NCBI GenBank assembly: GCA_050949565.1
Contig: JBMNFY010000017.1
Location: forward strand, 1,888,001 to 1,952,000
Length of the DNA stretch: 64,000 nucleotides
Reading direction: 5' to 3'
Source of the DNA: Kiritimatiellia bacterium
GTDB lineage: Bacteria; Verrucomicrobiota; Kiritimatiellia; RFP12; UBA1067
A program made the translations under genes and the position numbers. The notes beneath the pieces were generated by a model that made no database searches, was not told the origin of the DNA, and saw only the letters and a program-made list of their open reading frames with translations. Each line of letters starts with the position of its first letter. Within the stretch, counting starts at the first letter, position 1. Shown here piece by piece: positions 53,957-62,516 of the stretch.

Positions 53957-54163
53957 CTGAACCAGGACGGTCTCCAGCGTGGAGCCGGGCGGAAAGGCGA
54001 CGGCGTTGCTCTCGCCGCCGCGGACGGTGACGCCCCCGTACCGCGCGACGACGTTGGACGGGCCTGCGAGGGCGATCGTGTACACGCCGGGCAGCGCGAC
54101 GCCGTTGAAGACCGTGAGCGGGAAGGCGTTGGTCCCCGCCGGGATCAGCCATGTCCGGTCCCA
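53957..54163 (-). pseudogene. Truncated anchor allele (5' end of another orphan cassette)
   Basis: WDRTWLIPAGTNAFPLTVFNGVALPGVYTIALAGP...TVLVQA, which differs from the alleles at 47217 and 50352 and is cut at the duplication junction. Confidence 0.75.
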
Positions 54164-54176
54164 ACCCGGCCAAATG

Positions 54177-55073
54177 TCAGAGATCAGGCTTTTCATTTTT
54201 CGGTTCAGGATCAAGCAACTCTCCTTTGGCGGTAAAATCCTTGCGTTTAGCCGTGGGCGTTTTTTCGATCTCCGCCTTGACTGCCTCAAAGTGCGGGCGG
54301 CTGTATTCCGGCCCGGCCTTCACCATCCGATCCGCCACCTTTTCGCGCTGGACGCTGGCTGGATAGCCCTCCAATGTCTCGCACAAAACTTGGTCTATCA
54401 TCTTAACGGTATCACCGGCTTTTTCTTTTTCGACCGATTCTAGTAAGAATTGATGAGCATCATCCAGTCTTGCTTTCGGGTTGTTTTTTTTCTCCATCCG
54501 AACTCTGCGCCCAAAAGTTTCATATAAACTATAGAATTCTCTCGGCGTATGTGTTCCATCGCGTTCAATTTTACGAAGAAACGAAATCGCCTCAATTCCG
54601 AGCACGTTGACAACACCTCTGGATGCCGTTTCGCGGATATCCCTATCTGCAGAAGTGCTCTTGAGTTCTAAATAGGGAAGCGCAGATGGGTCTTTGGTAT
54701 GGCTCATGAAAGTGAGTAACTTCCGGCAATATCGCGTAAGTTCAGATTTCTCGTCTCGATTGGTTATATTGCCAGACGACAACATTACCAATCCTTCCTC
54801 TGCAACATTTTTCGCCTCAGTTACCATATCGTGAACCGGTATCCCGTTGTTCTTCGCATACAGAAGAAGCGTGTCATCTGGTCGGGGTAATCGATAGTCT
54901 CTTGGACTTCGCAATAAACTAAGCGCCACCACTGTCCGCAAGTCGTGTTTCCCGTCGTACAGCTCCCAATGGTGCACCGTGTTCGTGACCGGCCAGCCAG
55001 ACGGCCAGCCAAACACAGAAGGGGCAAGCAGCGTCGCCACCGCCAGACAGATGTTGCATAGTGACTGTTTCAT
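54177..55073 (-). CDS. Immunity family A paralog 2, duplicate copy
   Basis: Same protein as 47231-48127 except WDLY/WELY. Confidence 0.62.
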   Translation of the reverse strand: MKQSLCNICLAVATLLAPSVFGWPSGWPVTNTVHHWELYDGKHDLRTVVALSLLRSPRDYRLPRPDDTLLLYAKNNGIPVHDMVTEAKNVAEEGLVMLSSGNITNRDEKSELTRYCRKLLTFMSHTKDPSALPYLELKSTSADRDIRETASRGVVNVLGIEAISFLRKIERDGTHTPREFYSLYETFGRRVRMEKKNNPKARLDDAHQFLLESVEKEKAGDTVKMIDQVLCETLEGYPASVQREKVADRMVKAGPEYSRPHFEAVKAEIEKTPTAKRKDFTAKGELLDPEPKNEKPDL

Positions 55074-55948
55074 TGTTCCGCTCGTTCAGGATCAAGCAAC
55101 TCTCCTTTGGCGGCAAAATCCTTGCGTTTAGCCGTGGGCGTTTTTTCGATCTCCGCCTTGACTGCCTCAAAATGCGGGCGGCTGTATTCCGGCCCGGCCT
55201 TCACCATCCGATCCGCCACCTTTTCGCGCTGGACGCTGGCTGAATATCCCTCCAATGTCTCGCACAAAACACGATCTAACATTTTGACGGTACTCCCCTC
55301 CTCTTCTTCTATCAATTCCAGTAAGAAAGCATAGGCATCGTCCACTTTCGCTTTCGGATTGCTTGCCTTCTCCATCCGAATCTTATATCCAAATGATTCA
55401 TATAGACTATATAAATCCCCTCTATACAATTCGTTTTTTTTGAAGTCACGAAGAAAACCAATAGCATTCGATCCCAAAATGTTCACAATCATATTCGCTG
55501 CAGTCCGACGGATGTCATCATTGGCGGATGTGCTTTTTAACTCCAAATATGGAAGGGCAGACGGGTCTTTTGTATACCCCATGAATCCTATGAGTATCCC
55601 GCAATATCGCATGACCGCCGCAGCTTCTTCTTTGTTTGTGAGGCTTCCCGACTCCAGCATGGCAAACCCCTCCTCAGCGACCGTTTGGGCCACGCCCACC
55701 ATATTGCTGACCGGTATCCTGTGTTCTTTCGCGTATGCGAGCAACATGTCCTCTGTTCGCGGCAACCGGTAATCTCGGGGAATTCGCATCAGTCCCACGG
55801 CCACCACTGTCCGCAAGTCATGTTTCCCGTCATATACCTCCCAGTGCGGCACCGTATTTGTGACCGGCCAGCCGGACGGCCATCCAAACACAGAAGAGGC
55901 AAGCAGCGTCGCCACCGCCAACCAGATATTGCACACTAACTGTTTCAT
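55070..55948 (-). CDS. Immunity family A paralog 1, duplicate copy
   Basis: Same translation as 48124-49002. Confidence 0.62.
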   Translation of the reverse strand: MKQLVCNIWLAVATLLASSVFGWPSGWPVTNTVPHWEVYDGKHDLRTVVAVGLMRIPRDYRLPRTEDMLLAYAKEHRIPVSNMVGVAQTVAEEGFAMLESGSLTNKEEAAAVMRYCGILIGFMGYTKDPSALPYLELKSTSANDDIRRTAANMIVNILGSNAIGFLRDFKKNELYRGDLYSLYESFGYKIRMEKASNPKAKVDDAYAFLLELIEEEEGSTVKMLDRVLCETLEGYSASVQREKVADRMVKAGPEYSRPHFEAVKAEIEKTPTAKRKDFAAKGELLDPERAEQ

Positions 55949-55963
55949 TCTTTCACTCCTTTC

Positions 55964-58900
55964 TCATTGATGGCAGGGCTGCCGATTGCCCATGCTGTTC
56001 AACCCGACGGGAGCCAAACTTTGCTCCCAAACATCGATTACGACATCCCCTTCGAAAAGAGGCGGCAGGCGATCAAACCATGTGCCGTAGACCGACCCCA
56101 GAGGGATGTCGCATGTCGTCGTGATGGTGGGGTCCTCATAGCCCATCATCAACAACCGGTAGGTGATCAAATATGCCTGTAGCAAATCAGGGGGGTAATA
56201 ACCCGCGCCCCAGTCCTGCGGGAGACGATCCGCCGTGACGGGGCCTGTGACAACTCTTTCAAGTGTGTTCGACACCGACCGATACGGATAAATATCCAGC
56301 AGTCCGCACGCATGGCCGATCTCGTGGGCCAAAGTTCTCTCCGAGATGCCGCTCCTCAAAACAATCCCCTGCGTGTCTTCAAGTCCCAAAAGACTCCCAG
56401 CTATAGTCCCATCAATATAAAAATCTCGGACAAAATAAAGCTCTATGCCGCCTGTCGCCGTCTCGATATTGCGTATGGACTCCAATTCGCCGGACCAGCC
56501 ATTGGTAAAGTCAATATCCAGCCATTCCTCGCAATTCGTATATTGAATCGCTCCGTTCACATGGAAGGTCATGGCGCACTGCTTGAAGATCGCGTTCACC
56601 CCGCTCAGCAGTTCCTGCACGCGGCCTTCGGAGCAAGCCGCGTTATTCCCGTTATCATCCCGGACAATCCACACCGTGACCGGAACCGTTTTAGGATCGA
56701 GCACCATCCCCGCAATGCAGGGATTGGCGGGGAAGTTCACCCCTTCCAGCTCAACCTCGAGCTTGAACGCGCCCTCAGTGCTTCCGCCCTTCACGGCGAC
56801 CAGACGCCCCGTGTTGCGGTTCCCAACAAACGACACATCCCCGGAGACCACGCTCCAAGATATTTTGTCGTCAGGGAAAAGAGAGGTTGGCTCGACATTG
56901 ATCTTGTAATATCCGATCCCGCCGGTCGCTATGCCGCAGGGATTATAGACTTCCGGACTGTTTTCAGTTGTAACGGGTTCCAAGGTGACCGCAACCGCCG
57001 TCATCTTCAGCAAGGCCTCGCAGGAAATGCCCGACGCCGCGCCCGTACCCTGGAATGAGAGCGTCAGGACGGCCTCACCGGGACCCTCCGCCTGAACCAG
57101 GACGGTCTCCAGCGTGGAGCCGGGCGGAAAGGCGACGGCGTTGCTCTCGCCGCCGCGGACGGTGACGCCCCCGTAGCGCGCGACGATGTTGGACGGGCCG
57201 TCGAGGGCGAGCGTGTACGCGCCGGGCAGCGCGGCGTCGTTGAAGACCTTGAGCGGGAATGCGTTGGTCCCCGCCGGGATCAGCCATGTCCGGTCCCAGT
57301 CCGCCGCCAGCGCGGCGTCGTCGCCGGGGCCGGCCGCCCCGTCGAGGTCCACGTCCGGCTGGAGGTCGAGCGAGAGGACCGTGAAGCGGTCGGTCTCGTA
57401 AAAGGTCATGGGCAGGTGCGGGTCGAACCGCGAGAAGCGCACGGAGCGGTCGTAGGGCGCCGCGCTGGGCGTGAGCCCGGTGACGGTGACCACGCCCGGC
57501 GAATCGGGCAGCGGCCCGGGCGCGAGCGGGACGGCCCCGCCGCCGTCGAAGGACCTGAACGCGGCCGCCAGCCCGGCCGCGCCCTCGTAGACGACGGGGC
57601 CGGAGCCCTGTCCACCGCCGCCGCCGGAGTGCGGGTTGTGCTCCGGGCAGGAACAGCAGCCGCTGTGGTCGAATATGGTGCCGCCCGTTTCCTGGCGCCG
57701 GTGCCAGTGGTCGACCGCCCACTGGCAGTGGCTGCAGCCGGGGCCGTGGCCGCAGTCGTCGGGATCGTTCGGGGGCGTTCCCTGTCCGCCATGCCCCGAC
57801 GGCCAGGGGCTGAGCGTGGCCCAGCAGTCCGGCCACGCCGCGGGGCGGCGCGGCACCGGCAGCGTGAAAAACGTGTTGGTGCCGTTGGCAGGGGGGATAT
57901 AGCCGCGTCCGGCGGCTGGGCAACGTCCTTCGTCCGCCGGTTTGCCGGTCAGGTCGCACCACCAGCGCGTGAGGCTGTTGGTGGTCACATGCCTCTGGCA
58001 GTAGCCGCAGGAACTGCACCGGGTCGCGGGCCATTCCGAGCGCAGAGATGACAGGGTGCCGGTGCCGGCCCGGGCGGGGGCGCCCGCGTCCAGCCCGTCG
58101 GGCATGAACGCGACGGAGACCTCCGTCGGCAGTCCGTCGATGTCGGGCCAGACCGTGAACTCGGGCACGTTGGTCACGACGGTCGTGCCGCCGTAGCTCC
58201 AGGCGTATTGCCCGGAGAGGCCCGCCGCGCAGCCGGTCGCGCGGAAGGTGATCGGTTCGCCGTGGAAACAGGCGGCGGCGGGCTCCACCGTGAAGAACGG
58301 CGCGGCGACGGTGCCTTCCCGGCTGACCGCGTGCGACAGCGGCGGCGGCGGGGGGGCGGGCGGCGGCTGCTGGATGAAGAACCCGGGGACATCGGACGAG
58401 ACCGTGTAATCCACCTCGACGCCGTGGCGGGCGCAGAGCCACACGGTCTGGGTCGCCGCCTTGTCCAGCCACAGCGTCCATGATCCGGGGTCGCGCATGA
58501 CGAGGGGGATCTCGCCGATCCAGAGCACCGCGCCGGGATCGGCGACGGGGGCGTCCAGCGTGACCGTGACCGCGAACAGGGAGTCGTCCCAGGGGAATCC
58601 CGATGCCTCGCAGGTACCGTTCGTGGGCAGCGCGTGGTGCATGTGGAAGAGCCAGGTGTTGGAACAGCAGTTCAATATCGCGCCGGGATCGCCGGGGGAG
58701 AGCGGGTCGGGGTCGATGGAGTCGGCCGCGAGGTCGCCGTCGGTGTCGGGGTCGAGGGGGTCCGTGCCGAGGGTCATTTCCACGCCGTCGTCCGCCCCGT
58801 CGCCGTCGCTGTCGGCGCGGCGCGGGTCGGTGCCGTGGATGAGCAGTTCGTCATAGATGGAGAGGCCGTCGCCGTCGTGGTCGTCAATGGCCGGGTCGAG

Positions 58901-59812
58901 CAGGCCGAAGGCGCGCCAGCACAGCTCAAGGCCATTGGTGAGCGCGGAGGGATCGTTGAGGGCGTAAGCCTCGCCGCCGCCGTTGTGCAGGGCGCCGATG
59001 AAGAGGTTGGTGAAGGCGTGGCCGGGGGATCGGAGCGCGGAGCCGGCCGGTATTTTGTACCGGAAGCGGAAATCGCCGTTTCCGAAGAGCTCGGACTGGA
59101 AGGAGACCGGGCAGTTGGTGTCGCGCCCGGCGTAGAGGTTCTCCCAGGTCAGCAGCAGGCCGCCGGAGGGCGTGGGCGCGTGCCAGAAGCGCCCCTGCGG
59201 CGGCACGGTGCCGAAGCTGCCGTGCAGCGGCGCGAGCAGGCTGGCGTTCGCGGGCACGGAGGAGGGGGAAGGTGTGGACAACGGGTCACGGAACGACACC
59301 AGCCCCGAGCTGGAGACGTGCAGGCCGTCGATCTGGTTCGTGCCGAGGGTGAAGGACCAGCCGTTTGTCTGCAGCCAGAAGGTGTCCTCGGCCACGCCGT
59401 ACACGGTCCACGGCGCGTGGACGATCGCATTGGAGGGCGCGGCACGCCAGGCGGCGGCGTTGGTCGCGGCGGAGACGAGGGCGACCCCGGCGGCGTACTG
59501 GGCGGGGGTGAGCGCACCGGCGCGGGGCGCGCCGGTGCGGTCGTTCAAAGGTTCAAGAGGTTCAAGAGGGACGGCGGAGGTGGCGGGGGCGGGGGCGGGC
59601 TCCGGGGTGCCGGCCGGGACCTTGCGCTTGGAACCGCCGCTGACACAGCACGCGATAAGAAAAATCGCGATGAACACTTGGTCGAAGCGGGACTGGGCGA
59701 GGAAGCGGCGTATCGGGTCGCGGAAAAAGGCACCGCCGGTCTCGCAGATACGGGCGATAAACCACAGCACGAAAGCGATGCAGAGGAACCAGAAAAGCAT
59801 GTTGGGTGTCAT
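55964..59812 (-). CDS. 1282-aa putative polymorphic toxin, duplicate copy
   Basis: Same translation as 49018-52866. HEIGH motif at 56294-56326. Confidence 0.75.
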   Translation of the reverse strand: MTPNMLFWFLCIAFVLWFIARICETGGAFFRDPIRRFLAQSRFDQVFIAIFLIACCVSGGSKRKVPAGTPEPAPAPATSAVPLEPLEPLNDRTGAPRAGALTPAQYAAGVALVSAATNAAAWRAAPSNAIVHAPWTVYGVAEDTFWLQTNGWSFTLGTNQIDGLHVSSSGLVSFRDPLSTPSPSSVPANASLLAPLHGSFGTVPPQGRFWHAPTPSGGLLLTWENLYAGRDTNCPVSFQSELFGNGDFRFRYKIPAGSALRSPGHAFTNLFIGALHNGGGEAYALNDPSALTNGLELCWRAFGLLDPAIDDHDGDGLSIYDELLIHGTDPRRADSDGDGADDGVEMTLGTDPLDPDTDGDLAADSIDPDPLSPGDPGAILNCCSNTWLFHMHHALPTNGTCEASGFPWDDSLFAVTVTLDAPVADPGAVLWIGEIPLVMRDPGSWTLWLDKAATQTVWLCARHGVEVDYTVSSDVPGFFIQQPPPAPPPPPLSHAVSREGTVAAPFFTVEPAAACFHGEPITFRATGCAAGLSGQYAWSYGGTTVVTNVPEFTVWPDIDGLPTEVSVAFMPDGLDAGAPARAGTGTLSSLRSEWPATRCSSCGYCQRHVTTNSLTRWWCDLTGKPADEGRCPAAGRGYIPPANGTNTFFTLPVPRRPAAWPDCWATLSPWPSGHGGQGTPPNDPDDCGHGPGCSHCQWAVDHWHRRQETGGTIFDHSGCCSCPEHNPHSGGGGGQGSGPVVYEGAAGLAAAFRSFDGGGAVPLAPGPLPDSPGVVTVTGLTPSAAPYDRSVRFSRFDPHLPMTFYETDRFTVLSLDLQPDVDLDGAAGPGDDAALAADWDRTWLIPAGTNAFPLKVFNDAALPGAYTLALDGPSNIVARYGGVTVRGGESNAVAFPPGSTLETVLVQAEGPGEAVLTLSFQGTGAASGISCEALLKMTAVAVTLEPVTTENSPEVYNPCGIATGGIGYYKINVEPTSLFPDDKISWSVVSGDVSFVGNRNTGRLVAVKGGSTEGAFKLEVELEGVNFPANPCIAGMVLDPKTVPVTVWIVRDDNGNNAACSEGRVQELLSGVNAIFKQCAMTFHVNGAIQYTNCEEWLDIDFTNGWSGELESIRNIETATGGIELYFVRDFYIDGTIAGSLLGLEDTQGIVLRSGISERTLAHEIGHACGLLDIYPYRSVSNTLERVVTGPVTADRLPQDWGAGYYPPDLLQAYLITYRLLMMGYEDPTITTTCDIPLGSVYGTWFDRLPPLFEGDVVIDVWEQSLAPVGLNSMGNRQPCHQ

Positions 59813-59841
59813 ATTCGCGTCTCCCCGGCTACTTTAACGAT

Positions 59842-59937
59842 GTTCTTGTAAGCCTCTCGTGGCATGGGCGTCCCGCCCATGAACACGGGCAAGATGCCCG
59901 TGCCACGCCTGCAAACGAGAAGTTCTGCAAAAGCCTC
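59842..59937. repeat. Palindromic REP/MITE-like element, copy 7
   Basis: Duplicate of 52896-52991. Confidence 0.85.
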
Positions 59938-59942
59938 TCCTG

Positions 59943-60542
59943 TCATTTGATGGTGATCCGTGTGGCGTCCGGGGCGGACATGATGGTGATGCGCTCCTGC
60001 GGCGCGTCCGCGCCGCGCGCGGTGACGCGCAGGGTGTCCCATGTTCCGGGGCGCAGCCATTCCGGCAGGGGCGGCTGAGGGAGGCCCGCGAAGGCGACCG
60101 CGCCGTCGCGGTCGGTGAAGGCCGGGGGCAGACAGACACCCGAAGCAGTGACGCGGATGAGGGCGGTGAGCCTCTGCGTGCCGTTGGACGAGGCGGCGGG
60201 GACGGCGTGACGGGTGCGCAGGCCGCGCGGCGACAGGAACCACCCGCCGCGGTCCCATCCGATGGCGAGGTCGGTCTCGCCAGCGTCGAGCACGCCGTCC
60301 GCCGGGGCGGCGTCGCGGCCCAGGCAGACCTGGACGTGGTTGGAGGGCGTGGCCTCGAAGACAAGCTCAAGACGGAAGACGCGCGGGCCGTCGGGGCCGA
60401 CGGCGGGCAGGGCGTGCGTCGCCGACACCTCGCGGTCGGCGGTCGCGGGCTCCGGCAGGCGCGGCGCCTCAAGGGTGGCGGCACCCGCCGCCAGCGCGGC
60501 TGCGGTGATGGCAGTGACTATGGCTGTTACGTTGTGTTTCAT
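59943..60542 (-). CDS. 199-aa secreted partner protein, duplicate copy
   Basis: Same translation as 52997-53596. Confidence 0.65.
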   Translation of the reverse strand: MKHNVTAIVTAITAAALAAGAATLEAPRLPEPATADREVSATHALPAVGPDGPRVFRLELVFEATPSNHVQVCLGRDAAPADGVLDAGETDLAIGWDRGGWFLSPRGLRTRHAVPAASSNGTQRLTALIRVTASGVCLPPAFTDRDGAVAFAGLPQPPLPEWLRPGTWDTLRVTARGADAPQERITIMSAPDATRITIK

Positions 60543-60927
60543 CTCGTTCCCTTCGCTCGGTTCTCCGGCAGGGAAAAGGCGCGGACCCCGCTCCGCGCCT
60601 CCTACGAGGGACCGCTAAGACCCTTTGGCAAAGCCCGGCGACGAGGCCGCGCCCGATCGGGCGCGTCCCCGTGCACTCCGCTCCTGTTTGAAAATTGACG
60701 GTTTTTCGTTTGAAGCGTTCTGCGCGAAAGCGCAAAAATCAAATCAGTCTATGGGGTTCGGTTCTCTTCTCGTCCTCCGGTTCTCGCTCTTCTTGTCCGC
60801 CAAGCGGCTCTCGTTCGCATGCGGCTTGTCCACTGCCACCCGGCAACAACGCCGCATTCCGTCGTTGAGTGCATTTTATACTCACTGGCAGATCGAACGC
60901 AAGGTTGAAAAATTTAAATTCCGTGCG

Positions 60928-62384
60928 CGCGGTATGTCATAGTCATGGACACCGTAGCCAAAATCGCGGTGTCCGGAAATCAAGCGCATCCGTCAAATAC
61001 TGGACACCGTGCTAGAATCGGCTCGCATGAGAAACGAGATGTCACGGAAAGCCACGATGGAATACGTCGGCGCGAAGCGTCGCGCCTATTCAAAACTGAA
61101 GAGCAAGAAGGCCAAGAGTGCCGCGATCGACGACTTCTGCCAGGTCACGGGGGCCGAGCGCAAATACGCCATCCGGCTGCTGACCGGCAACCGGAAGTAC
61201 CGCGATCACGCCGGGCGCGGGAAGACGTACACGCCCGGGGCGGAAGCCCTGTTCCTGCGTCTCTGGCGCGCCTCGGGACGCATGACGCCCCAGTACCTTG
61301 TGACCGTGGCGGGCCGCCAGATGGCCGCGCTGCGCGAGCTCGAGCATGTCGACGAGGCGGCCGCGGCGCAGGTTCTGCGCATGAGCGCGTCGACGATGGA
61401 GCGCATCCTCCGCAAGCACCCGCGCGAGGCCCCGCGCCGCCGCAACCGCCGCAGCGGGGCGAACGCGCTGGCGTCGAGCGTCCCCTGCGTCCCGGGCGAG
61501 GCGCTGCCGCCCGCCGCCCCCGGCGACACGCAGGTCGACACGGTCGCGCTCTGCGGGGGCGACATGAGCGGCAACTTCTTCTGGATACTCACGCTCACGG
61601 ACCGCCTGACGCAGTGGACGGAGCTGCGCTGCGTCTGGAACCGCGGCGCGGCCGCGACCAAGGAAGGCCTCGCCGACGCCGAGGCCGCGTTCCCGTTCCC
61701 GCTCACGGCCATGCACTCGGACAGCGGGCTGGAGTTCCTCAACGCCCACGTGCTCGGCTACGCGCGGGACCGCCCCCGCCCCCTCGCCTTCACCCGTTCC
61801 CGCCCCGGGAACAAGAACGACAACGCCCGCGTGGAGCAGAAGAACGCCTCCGTCGTCCGCGAGTATTTCGGCTACGAGCGCATCGACCGCCTCGAGCTCA
61901 AGAAGGACATGGACGTCCTGTGCGCGAAGATATCGCTGTACAACAACCTCTTCCGCCCCTGCAAGCGGCTCATCTCCAAAACCAAAAGGCCGGACTCGCA
62001 CGGCTTCTCCAAGCGTTACGACAAGCCCGCCACGCCCCTCGACAGGGTGATTGCGTCGGGATACGCGGACCCCGCCGTGATCCGGCGTCTTACCGCGCTC
62101 CGCGAAAAGACCAATCCGATCCGCCTCCTTGAGGACATCCGCCGCCGATACGCGCTGATCCTGCGCAAGCAGAACAAGCTCGCCAAACGCGAAGCGCAAG
62201 GGATGACCACCCCGGGTTCCGCGCCCTGTCCCGCCGGTATTCCGGCGGGACAGGGCGCGGAACCCGGCCACCCTTCACGCCGTTGACCAGCCCCTCGTCC
62301 CTTGACCCCCTCGGTGTCCAGTGTTTGACGGATCGTCACCGCCTCAAAAAAACCTACGGTGTCTTTTCTATTTGACGGACCGCA
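60928..62384 (+). mobile_element. Insertion sequence (ISNCY/IS481-like rve transposase) with two pairs of subterminal inverted repeats
   Basis: ATCCGTCAAATACTGGACACCG (60988-61009) is inverted to CGGTGTCCAGTGTTTGACGGAT (62312-62333), 21/22 match. Outer pair GACACCGTAG (60948-60957) / CTACGGTGTC (62354-62363). Exact ends are approximate. Confidence 0.75.
61027..62286 (+). CDS. DDE integrase-core transposase
   Basis: IDDFCQVTGAERKYAIRLL, QVDTV, HSDSGLEF, SRPGNKNDNARVEQKN. Confidence 0.88.
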   Translation: MRNEMSRKATMEYVGAKRRAYSKLKSKKAKSAAIDDFCQVTGAERKYAIRLLTGNRKYRDHAGRGKTYTPGAEALFLRLWRASGRMTPQYLVTVAGRQMAALRELEHVDEAAAAQVLRMSASTMERILRKHPREAPRRRNRRSGANALASSVPCVPGEALPPAAPGDTQVDTVALCGGDMSGNFFWILTLTDRLTQWTELRCVWNRGAAATKEGLADAEAAFPFPLTAMHSDSGLEFLNAHVLGYARDRPRPLAFTRSRPGNKNDNARVEQKNASVVREYFGYERIDRLELKKDMDVLCAKISLYNNLFRPCKRLISKTKRPDSHGFSKRYDKPATPLDRVIASGYADPAVIRRLTALREKTNPIRLLEDIRRRYALILRKQNKLAKREAQGMTTPGSAPCPAGIPAGQGAEPGHPSRR

Positions 62385-62516
62385 CGTTCGCGATCCTCGG
62401 CACGTAATCCGTACACTTTTTTTAGTCATTCGTACAAGACAATCGCTTGAACGGCGTGGTATACTAAAAGCAACGATTGTCCTGTAGATCGACCTCTGTT
62501 TGATGAAGGAGCAGCT

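Larger units (their letters stand above)
47010..60900. repeat. ~6.95-kb tandem duplication (about 47010-53956 / 53957-60900)
   Basis: ORF offsets of 6946 (47231/54177, 49018/55964, 52997/59943). Junction GAACGC|CTGAACCAGG at 53956/53957. Confidence 0.93.
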
